From: Hydrurus foetidus
Taxonomy: Eukaryota
Direction of reading: 5' to 3'
Length of the DNA stretch: 20,000 nt
Assembly (NCBI GenBank): GCA_900617105.1
Contig: UYFQ01000444.1
Location: 45,377-65,376 of the forward strand
Below the pieces are notes generated by a model. That model saw nothing but the letters and a program-made list of their open reading frames with translations, had not been told where the DNA came from and searched no databases. The position numbers and the translations under genes were made by a program. Positions 10,250 through 19,241 of this stretch are shown here, piece after piece (position 1 is the stretch's first letter; every line of letters begins with the position of its first letter).

Positions 10250-10685
10250 GTTCAAGTTTACCAATTTCTTATCTTAATTGATGATATGAATGTGAGGTTG
10301 ATCAAAGAACTGATAGTTTGATGGTTCTAAAGGAAACAAGAAATGTTTTCTGTACTCATCGCAAGGGGAGTCGCCGGTGTCGACTACAGAAAATTAAAAT
10401 AAAATCTGTAAACGTCATAAGGGTAGTACCAATATGTCGCCAAAAATTTGTAATCGAACTACAGAAAAAGGAAAACGTAAAAAATGTTTTGTAAGCGTCA
10501 TAAGGAGATTCGGATTTGGGATTGCCTTCCTCTTTCTCTGTTTCTCAGTAGGAACTTTCGCCAACATCGTTCACAGTTCATAATTCATAAGTGCAGGACT
10601 CGTACCCAGCCACTTGTGACTTGTAACTGCCGTAGTTTGTTCTTCCGGTAGTATCTATCCTGTAGGTTACCCTCAATCAGTAGTC

Positions 10686-11249
10686 ATGGAACCACAGCAG
10701 AATCTTAAAGACAGCAGAGCCCACGAAGTACATGCTCAGGCAGTCTATGCTGCACCATCTGCACCAGGCTCAAATGACGCGATGCTAGCTATGGTAGGAC
10801 AAATGAGAAACGAGGCGGCCGCCGACAGACAAGCCGCTGCCGCCGACCGCGAGAGGGCAGCTGATGAGCGTCGACTTCATGAGCAGAATCAGCAGCGCAA
10901 TTTGCAGCACCCAGCGCAGCAACAGCAGCCAATGCCTTACGGTCAACCGCAATACCAGCAGCCAATGGGACAAGGCACAACCACAGTTGTTCAAATACCT
11001 AATGATGACATCGATCACTGTCAACATTTTGTGTGCTGTTTATTCCTTGGCGGGTAAGATGAATATGCCCTGAATATTCATCCAACAGTGCTTCTCGTCC
11101 TCATCCTTATCCTCATCTTTTTCACTTGTTTCCACGACAGATTTTGGACGCCATTTTGGCTCTTGGCATGTATCATACCTGGCTTTTGCCCAACTCCGTG
11201 CAGTTGCAATCAGCAGCAGAAAACAGTCGTAATCACGAGGAACCCATGA
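10686..11249 (+). CDS. Small Gln/Pro-rich protein with Cys-rich hydrophobic C-terminus, copy B; join(10686..11053,11141..11249), 158 aa
   Basis: Paralog of 5261..5800 with the same 87-nt intron (11054-11140); ends ...KTVVITRNP*. Confidence 0.85.
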
Positions 11250-13031
11250 CACCTTACATTCCTTGTCCACGGCAGCGAGAAAAGCCCCTTCCGTGTATTT
11301 TATGTAACACCTCCCTTTCTGACAGCAACGGTTACTGAGCATATTTTTTCTACATTACTGTACTTGTCAAAAACACCGTATGTGTTTACTCTGAAATGTC
11401 ATTATTTCGCATTCCCTGCGTACGGCTACCCCCTCGCCTTTACAATTTCAAAAAGAAATTGACATTCATATGGTTTTTGTCACCGGTGTGATTAAGTTTA
11501 ACATATTCAATTAGGATGAATTTTATAGTGTAGTGGGATAAATCAAACTTTAAGCACTTCCAGGCATCTAACTGTACAGTAGAGATTTTTAAACAGATTA
11601 AACAACTTAAACAAAAACAAACAGCATTTTCGTGACCATTTTTGCATTTACGAAATGATTCTAGAAATGACACGGAAATCGCCCAGACCTGCACTAGTTC
11701 TATCCCCTTTCTTTCAGGTCTGCTTTTTAGACCTGAATTAGTTCTTTTTCTCAGAATTCTCTCTAAGTTTGAAGTGATAGCAACTTGTTCTCATTCACTC
11801 TAGTTGTGCGAAGCAGCTCTCTGCTCTCAGCAGTACACATTCTGGTGTGCACAAGAACTGGCTTCGGTTTCGGGGGGTAACGCATACTCTCAATCCTAAC
11901 GATTATCAGTTGAATGGTAATAGTGGATGAATGAAATCTAATTGATTATTATAGTGACATTATGATAGCAATGTCACGATTGAATTGTGTGACCCCTTTC
12001 AACTGTCGCAATCTCATGCATGAACTTGTAGGGGAAATTGCTAGGATTGCAATCGGTTTGTATTCCGTACAGATGCAGAATAACAAGGAAAAAGAGCACC
12101 GTACAGTACCGTACCTATCCAATCGTATTTGCGATCGTTCCCTTATGTACGATTCATGTTGTTCCCTCCTCGGTAACGAGGGTGCGCTGAAAGAACGAGG
12201 AAAGGTCCGAGAAAAGCTATCCAACTCTACTCTCCTCCTTTAAGTGAACAGATTGTAATCATCAGAAAACAGAAGTAATTGATAATTTAAAGTACAACAT
12301 GCAGCGCACATGATCTGGTAACATCATAGCTTTTTCTCCACGAAACACGAACCTGTGCGATTGTATTTCCCTTGACTTAATGGCATCATCAAGCTTCTAG
12401 AAAATAAATTTCACATGATATTTGAGTTGAAATCGGCGCACATTACGTCAATTTTTGCTACTTCGCATGCGCACCTGAACCACATTCACACTTTTCTTCC
12501 CAGTCAAATAAAAGGCGCTCTCTGGCGCCACTTGTTCGGCGGACTCCAACTTTACGTCTACATGGCTCATATCCGACAAGTAAAGAGGACTGGACAGAAA
12601 CGAAGAAGTTGCCCCTAGGTTGACCGATTAATTATGGCTCGTTTTGAGTAATGTCACGGTAGACGCAGTTAGAGATGATGACAAATGAATGAGCTTAAGT
12701 ACCAGAGCCTGAGTTGCCATGAGAAGCCCGACATGTCATTATGTCTAAATAGCGACCAGTTGAAGACATTTGGAATGGATCTCGAGCGACACTCTTATCA
12801 CGTCGGTGCTGTCACCCTCTCAAAAGCTTTCTCACTGAAAGGTGAGATAACTTGTGCCCATCAGACGCTGCGCTTGGCGGAAATGAGAGCAAGCTGCATT
12901 GTTTGAGCAAGAGCTACCCTGCGTGAGCTGAAGAATCATGCCTTTAACCATTGTTACACGTCGTCTCAGTTCTCAATGTTCCTCCAGCTCAAGCTTCCTG
13001 CTCGGGAACTGAACAAAAGTTGAAGCCATAG

Positions 13032-13384
13032 TGTAGTAATATCAGTATTATGTAGATTAGATATTCCGTATACGAATTGTGATGCTATTATCTGTATTTC
13101 ATATTTGAACCACACGTACGGTGTTGCACTACAGCAGTACCGTACTACATACGATATGACGTATTTGATCTAGGATAGCCATCAACCTGTTGCGACAACT
13201 ACCGACTACACTCGACTACTACTGCGTTGCAGCAGTGCTAATTAACCCAAACTCGTAGCCGACAGCGAAACTTCTCTTCTGAGTCCAGACAGAGCGAGTG
13301 AAGCCGCATCGGAGAGTGCAGTGGGGAGCTTGTGACCAACCGTATGGGACATACGGCACACCTTTAAGTCCACTTTTCACAACA
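13032..13384 (+). repeat. 5' LTR (353 bp)
   Basis: TGTAGTAAT...CACAACA; differs from the 3' LTR by 2 substitutions and a 1-bp indel. Confidence 0.97.
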
Positions 13385-13407
13385 TAATTAGCACCATCGT
13401 TTGCAAC
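13385..13407 (+). promoter_or_regulatory. Non-canonical primer-binding site (TAATTAGCACCATCG...)
   Basis: Lies immediately 3' of the 5' LTR and lacks the TGG of CCA-end priming. Its first 10 nt are the reverse complement of LTR 13235-13244. Confidence 0.6.
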
Positions 13408-13421
13408 AAGAAGTTGCCACG

Positions 13422-14639
13422 ATGAAAGGACGTGGAAGTCCCCAACAGGGACGTGGACGAGGCTATTTTGTCGGTCGTGGTGGGAGAGGATCTCCAGCGA
13501 CGCCATACCACAACCGTGGAAACATTCCAACAATCGGAGCATATTTGGATCTACCACCTGGGAAGGACATTGCCCACGGAACGGTTACCAAATGGATGGC
13601 CAAATTAAAGGAATACGCCATGACAACTTTCAAATCGAGAGTTAGCATGATATTCGGTGCAGATGGAACTTTGGGTGATTACCCAGTATATGCTGTACCA
13701 GAGCAACCAGAGGACGGAGCAACTGTCTATGACAGAAAAATATGGGAACTCCAGATGGTAGATTATAGTAAAAACGTAAAGACTCTCGAAGAGGACAAAG
13801 GAAATTTATATGGAGCTATGCTCGGACAAATGTCCGACAGCTCGAAAACAAGAGTGTCAGAGATTCAAGCAGGAGTGGAAGCTGAGAATGAGTTCGAGCC
13901 TAGAAAGCTACTTCAAGCTATTCTAGCTACTCATATAGGAGACTCCACACTGGGAGTGGAACACCAGATGTTTATGATTACCCAACGGTATCATAACCTG
14001 GTGATGGGACAGCACGAAAACCTGAGCATGTATTTAACGAATACTAAATCAGCGCTCACGGCGATTCAACAAGCTTACGAGATGGCTGGTAGAGGAGGAC
14101 TGGACGATACCTATCCGGAAAAGCAAATGTCCGTCAAGTTTATTCTGGGACTCAATAATTCATATACTGAATTCCGATCGTTTTTTACCAACGGTCTGAA
14201 ACCATGGCCTGACTCCCTAGAAGTAGCATACCAGGAGGCGGCAAAATATAATCCCAAGAGAGCAGCAGCAAATTCGCCAGCAGCCATGGAAAGAGCGAAT
14301 GCCTTCGCCATGACTGGCAGAGGAGGAAAGGGAGGCCGTGGCGGCTATCCCGGAGGGCACAAAGGAAAGAGTGCTCCTAATGCCAAGTGGGTGAAGGATG
14401 GAGCAGACTCTCCTGAAGGAAGCAACAGCGAGAAGGGATCTCCCATCGCGGCCTACACGTCCAACAAATCCCCACCAGCGGGGTACAAACGTGGTCCATG
14501 CAACAACTGCGGCAAATACGGACATCTGGCGTATGAGTGCAGAGGAGAACCAGCTGACTCTCACGTTGAGTACTGGAAGGATCCGGGACCGAGATCCCCT
14601 GGGGGAAAACCCAACACACCACCTGGGAAGGGAAAGTAA
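13422..14639 (+). CDS. gag: Gag with RGG-rich segments and a CCHC zinc knuckle
   Basis: ATG 13422 to TAA 14639; CNNCGKYGHLAYEC knuckle; FILGLN capsid-type motif. Confidence 0.9.
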   Translation: MKGRGSPQQGRGRGYFVGRGGRGSPATPYHNRGNIPTIGAYLDLPPGKDIAHGTVTKWMAKLKEYAMTTFKSRVSMIFGADGTLGDYPVYAVPEQPEDGATVYDRKIWELQMVDYSKNVKTLEEDKGNLYGAMLGQMSDSSKTRVSEIQAGVEAENEFEPRKLLQAILATHIGDSTLGVEHQMFMITQRYHNLVMGQHENLSMYLTNTKSALTAIQQAYEMAGRGGLDDTYPEKQMSVKFILGLNNSYTEFRSFFTNGLKPWPDSLEVAYQEAAKYNPKRAAANSPAAMERANAFAMTGRGGKGGRGGYPGGHKGKSAPNAKWVKDGADSPEGSNSEKGSPIAAYTSNKSPPAGYKRGPCNNCGKYGHLAYECRGEPADSHVEYWKDPGPRSPGGKPNTPPGKGK

Positions 14640-16849
14640 GTGGTATACATGATTCTGTACATGATGACTCAGTTAGAAATGTTGATATTGATATGACTCG
14701 TGATAAAATGAAATTAAAAAAACATGTGCGATTTTCTGACTGTATATATATAAAAATTATAGATGATCCAATGCCGAAAATAAAGACAGCCGTAATTGAT
14801 AGTGCAGTTTTTAGTTTAGATATAACAAATGATTCTGATGTTTTTGCTGATAATCAATTGTTGCTTGACACATGCGCTGGCGAATCTGTTTTTAGAACTG
14901 CTACACTGTTCTATGACATAGTGCCTGCTGATACACCCATGGTAGTTAATGGAGTTAACAGTAGAGGAGAGCCGTTGGTAATCAGAGAACGCGGGACGAC
15001 GGATTTTGGATTAGTTTACTTTGACCCATATTGTATAGCTAATATCTTGTCTTTTGCTAATATGGTAAATAATTGTTACTCTATGAAGTATAGTAGTGGG
15101 GGCGATTTTTATAGTTTGCAAATTAAAATGGGCGGATGTTGCTACTATTTCAATAGAGATGTAAAATACAATATATATATATGTAATTTAGACACAATGG
15201 TAAGTAAGCCTAAGTTAATGTTAGTCACAACAGTGACAGATAAGATGAAGAAATACACAGTTAGACAGGTAAAACAAGCTGAGTTAGCTAGAGAATATCA
15301 GAGGAAATTAGGATACGCCAGTCCTGGTCAGGTAATTAAGCTGATAGGACAGGGGAAACTAGTTAACAGCGATATTACAGCACAAGACGTAGTTAGATCT
15401 TTGGATATCTGGGGTCCTGACTTAGGCACCCTAAAGGGAAAAACGCCAAGCCATCAGGCACAGGTTGAAGAAGAACAACCATTGTTAGATAACATACAAG
15501 ACAGAGATCAGATTATGTACATAGATATTATGTTTGTTAACGGCAATCCATTTCTAATTGCCGTTGTAAAGCCATTAGAGTACGTTATGGTGAATAAGTT
15601 GAATAATAGAGCTAATCTTACACTATGGACTAGCTTAGAGAGCGATATCAGACACATAACTAAGTATGGATTCAGTTTAAATTTAGTTAGAGTTGATGGA
15701 GAGGGCGCCATCAATTCAGTATGGTTTGAGACTAAGTTAGCTACAATAGGTACTGCATTAGACACGACAGGTGCAGGTGAGGCAGTTACCGTAGTTGAGC
15801 GTAAGATCAGACAGATTAAAGAAAGAGTTAGAGCAGTAATCAATACACTACCATTTAGATTAACGGAGAAGTTAGAAGGATGGTTAGTTAGATATGCTGT
15901 TAACCGTATAGTGTTAGTTCCGACAAGGAACACCGTAGACTACGTCAGCCCCAGAGAGAAACTATACGGTAGGAAGATAAATGTAGATAAAGAACTGAAA
16001 CACGGTTTTGGTGACTATGTACAAGTGCATTCTGATAATATTGATAATAGTAATAAAGCCAGAACTTCAGGTGCCATCGCTCTAATGAGTGCAGGCAATC
16101 TAGAAGGATCTTGGTATTACATGTTACTCAGTAATGAACAGATAGTTAAACGCACTAAAGCCACATCACTACCTATGCCTGATGAAGTTATTACTTACCT
16201 AAATGGATTATCTGATAAGAGAAACATTAATAAGGGTAATAACACTAATCAACCTGTATTTGAACAGAATAGGCGGGTGATTGATGATGATGGACTTGAT
16301 TATGATGATCATAAAATCTATAATAATAATATGAGAAGATTTAGCAATTCACACATACCACATTCAGATGAAATGTATGATGACTCATATGATGTTGAAC
16401 CACATGTGATACCTGAACTGCCTGATGTGCCAGTGATGACTGATGAAAATAATATTAATGATATGCCTGATAATGATGCCATGATGGATGATTATGCAGT
16501 GCAGCTAGATACTGATGATGCTGATTTTGAACCTGTTGAACATGACGATGTTGCGATGGAATATGATGCACCTGATGTAAACAGCACGTACGTTGATGAC
16601 AATGTACTTACATATGATGAAACTGTTGATGCCATAGAAGATACGTACACAGTAGATGACGTACTTACAGATGAACTACCTGAGATAGAACAGCCTGCTT
16701 TGAGACGTAGCGCTAGAAATCACCAGCCAGGTAGATGGGCATCCAACAGAGGAAATAGGAACATAGGATGCTGTATACCTGAAGTGTTGCACCGCCTTGA
16801 TTGTTCATATGCTTTTAACATGACTGAAGATGAATCGATGATTATGTGA
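14570..16849 (+). CDS. pol: Pol part 1: aspartic protease + integrase + acidic linker, in the -1 frame relative to gag
   Basis: Frame is stop-free from 14570. LLDTCAGES (protease); YIDIMFV / RVDGEG / VVERKIRQIKER (integrase DDE); FGDYVQV. Confidence 0.9.
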   Translation, partial: VLEGSGTEIPWGKTQHTTWEGKVSGIHDSVHDDSVRNVDIDMTRDKMKLKKHVRFSDCIYIKIIDDPMPKIKTAVIDSAVFSLDITNDSDVFADNQLLLDTCAGESVFRTATLFYDIVPADTPMVVNGVNSRGEPLVIRERGTTDFGLVYFDPYCIANILSFANMVNNCYSMKYSSGGDFYSLQIKMGGCCYYFNRDVKYNIYICNLDTMVSKPKLMLVTTVTDKMKKYTVRQVKQAELAREYQRKLGYASPGQVIKLIGQGKLVNSDITAQDVVRSLDIWGPDLGTLKGKTPSHQAQVEEEQPLLDNIQDRDQIMYIDIMFVNGNPFLIAVVKPLEYVMVNKLNNRANLTLWTSLESDIRHITKYGFSLNLVRVDGEGAINSVWFETKLATIGTALDTTGAGEAVTVVERKIRQIKERVRAVINTLPFRLTEKLEGWLVRYAVNRIVLVPTRNTVDYVSPREKLYGRKINVDKELKHGFGDYVQVHSDNIDNSNKARTSGAIALMSAGNLEGSWYYMLLSNEQIVKRTKATSLPMPDEVITYLNGLSDKRNINKGNNTNQPVFEQNRRVIDDDGLDYDDHKIYNNNMRRFSNSHIPHSDEMYDDSYDVEPHVIPELPDVPVMTDENNINDMPDNDAMMDDYAVQLDTDDADFEPVEHDDVAMEYDAPDVNSTYVDDNVLTYDETVDAIEDTYTVDDVLTDELPEIEQPALRRSARNHQPGRWASNRGNRNIGCCIPEVLHRLDCSYAFNMTEDESMIM

Positions 16850-17110
16850 TATGTAGAACAGTCACGATACTGATAACGATGTTGACTAGTATGACAAATG
16901 AGACTGTCATATGATATGAAGATAAGAATAGGACAAGATACAGTAACTATGAAAGATGAGCACTGAATTGTAGACAGAAGTATGAGAGTAGATAACATCA
17001 CACAGTAGATGGATCTACAGAGAGAAATAGGAAACATAGAAGTTATGACTGAATATACTGATCAACAGTTGATGATGTTCATATGCTTATATAAGATAAT
17101 TCATAGATTA
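16830..17110 (+). repeat. Indel-ridden tandem copy of ~16555-16825 that interrupts pol
   Basis: Anchors at an offset of ~274 bp: GTAGATGG 16731/17005, GAAATAGGA 16752/17024, TGTTCATATGCTT 16802/17076. Confidence 0.8.
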
Positions 17111-17115
17111 GTTAA

Positions 17116-18711
17116 GACGGTATCGATAAGTTAGGTGATATAGCTATCGATTCCATTAGGAAAGAAATGCAACAGATGTGCGAGAAAGATGTGTGGGAAG
17201 GAGTGTTGATCAACTCACTAACACCATTACAACGTAACAACATCATAACCAGTAGTATGTTTTTAAAAGATAAGTATACTGCAGAAGGTAAATTCGATAA
17301 GTTAAAATCGAGATTAGTTGCAGGAGGTCATTTACAGGATAGAGATATTTACGATAACGGCTCATCACCTACAGTTAGCACCACTAGTGTGTTCATAATT
17401 GCTTCAATTGCTGCGAAAGAGAATAGATCATTAGCTACGATAGATTTTCCAGGAGCATTTTTAAATAGCGATATGCCACTAGAGGGTAGTCACACTGTGT
17501 TTATGAGATTGAATAAATATTTGACTGGAGTTTTGACGTCCATTGATAAATCATATATGAAATATGTTAATGATAAGGGCACATGCATTGTTAAATTAAA
17601 GAAAGCATTGTATGGATGTGTTGAATCTGCAAAATTGTGGTACGATAAAATTTCACATGACTTGTCCGTGTTAGGGTATACTGCTAATGCATATGACATG
17701 TGCGTATTCAATCGAACTGAAAATAATAAATCACAAACCACACTGATAATTCACGTGGATGATATGATGATATCATGTTGCAGTGACAGATATGTTGATA
17801 TGGTGATTGATGAAATCGAAATACTATATCCCGGACTAACAAAACATCGAGGAAAAATACTTAATTATATAGGTATGACTTTTAACTTCGAGACAGCGGG
17901 ACAAGTGAAGATAACAATGGAAGGATTTATCAAAGAGCTGCTAGAAGACTGCAAAGAGATTTTAGGGGTGGCACCGACACCGGCCAAGCCGGATTTATTT
18001 ACGGTTAAACCGGACACCTCTAACTCACTACTAACCACTTCTGCTCGTGAGTTCTTTCATTCCATTACAGCGAAGCTGCTATACTTAAGCAAAAGAGCGA
18101 GGCCGGATATTCTGACGCCGGTAGCGTTCCTGACGAAGCGGGTGACGAAACCACAAGTGGACGACTTGAAAAAGCTGGAACGTACCATACAGTACGTACG
18201 CCACACTAGAGACCTTGGCCTCACACTACAGATAGAGGACCCCACCACCGTTACATGCTACGTTGATGCTTCCTACGGAGTACATCACGACATGAAGAGT
18301 CACACAGGAAGCGCCATCACATTAGGGAAAGGCGTAGTGTATGCTAAGAGTTCAACTCAAAAGCTAACCACGAAGTCAAGTACCGAAGCCGAGCTAGTAG
18401 GACTTAGCGACTCAGCCAACCAAGTGCTATGGACCAGACTATTCCTCATCAATCAAGGATATGAAGACAGGAGCGCCATCATATTTCAAGACAATAAATC
18501 CACCATCCAACTGATCAACAACGGTCGCTCCAACAGCGAACGTACGCGGCATATCGATATCCGGTATTTCTTCCTACATGACCGGATAAAAGAACGCGAA
18601 ATCACCATCAGTTACAAATCAACCAACGAGATGTTAGCAGACATGCTAACGAAACCCCTTCAAGGAGAGCAGTTCAGAGCTTTCCGCAACCAACTACTCA
18701 ACACCACCTGA
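17116..18711 (+). CDS. pol: Pol part 2: copia-type reverse transcriptase + RNase H
   Basis: KSRLVAGG, DFPGAFLN, LKKALYG, HVDD (RT); YVDAS, SSTEAE, QDNKS, RHIDIRYFF, ADMLTKPL (RNase H). Confidence 0.95.
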   Translation, partial: DGIDKLGDIAIDSIRKEMQQMCEKDVWEGVLINSLTPLQRNNIITSSMFLKDKYTAEGKFDKLKSRLVAGGHLQDRDIYDNGSSPTVSTTSVFIIASIAAKENRSLATIDFPGAFLNSDMPLEGSHTVFMRLNKYLTGVLTSIDKSYMKYVNDKGTCIVKLKKALYGCVESAKLWYDKISHDLSVLGYTANAYDMCVFNRTENNKSQTTLIIHVDDMMISCCSDRYVDMVIDEIEILYPGLTKHRGKILNYIGMTFNFETAGQVKITMEGFIKELLEDCKEILGVAPTPAKPDLFTVKPDTSNSLLTTSAREFFHSITAKLLYLSKRARPDILTPVAFLTKRVTKPQVDDLKKLERTIQYVRHTRDLGLTLQIEDPTTVTCYVDASYGVHHDMKSHTGSAITLGKGVVYAKSSTQKLTTKSSTEAELVGLSDSANQVLWTRLFLINQGYEDRSAIIFQDNKSTIQLINNGRSNSERTRHIDIRYFFLHDRIKEREITISYKSTNEMLADMLTKPLQGEQFRAFRNQLLNTT

Positions 18712-19233
18712 GTATTCCAATCCATCAAATTTCTTCTACCTACGCTTTGCCAACCAAATTTCTGCTACCTTGGCCAACATCAACCCTATGTATTATATGA
18801 ATCTGTTTTTATGAATCTGCAATTCCATCGAATTCCTTCTGCCCTACAACATCAACCTCCAAGACCTGAACACTCAAGACACCTACACTCGAGCCTACAC
18901 CACACATGGTCGAGACACATCAAGACGAAGACTCCAGAACCAACATTCCTACGATAAACTACTTCCAACTGCCAACTTTGCCAAAAGCAAACTTCCTTCT
19001 ATAACCGACAATTCCAACCGCCAACTATTTCTACAGCCTACAAATTCCTACAGCCAACTACTACTACATTCTTTTCCGACTGAGATCGATTTTCAAGACA
19101 CCGACGTAACATTCCGGAGCCATTGATGAAACTTTATTTATGATTAATATTGAATGAACATGTATGAATTAATTTAATGCCTTTGAAATAATAATTGAAT
19201 AAACTTGTTTGAATTGAATACGATAACACATCA

Positions 19234-19241
19234 TAGGGGTG
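19234..19241 (+). promoter_or_regulatory. Short polypurine tract ((T)AGGGGTG) before the 3' LTR
   Basis: Lies immediately 5' of the 3' LTR. Confidence 0.65.

Larger units (their letters stand above)
7819..10506. mobile_element. PIF/Harbinger-superfamily DNA transposon, ~2.69 kb, with two convergent ORFs
   Basis: Inverted 12-bp cores TCCTTATGACGC (7824-7835) and GCGTCATAAGGA (10495-10506), each with a second subterminal copy (7889-7899; 10413-10422). Encodes a DDE transposase and a partner ORF. Its length matches the ~2.69-kb jump in the alignment between the two duplicated host segments. Exact termini and TSD are unresolved. Confidence 0.85.

Noticed and set aside
11482..11780. Possible ~300-bp insertion specific to the copy-B 3' flank
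   Set aside because: The downstream re-alignment to copy A is weak by eye, and no TIR or TSD was found.
11440..12618. Short ORFs in the intergenic region and an 8-bp hairpin at 11954-11977
   Set aside because: No recognisable domains; a hairpin of this size is expected by chance.
13219..18248. Antisense and alternative-frame ORFs inside the retrotransposon
   Set aside because: Shadows of gag/pol without independent motifs.
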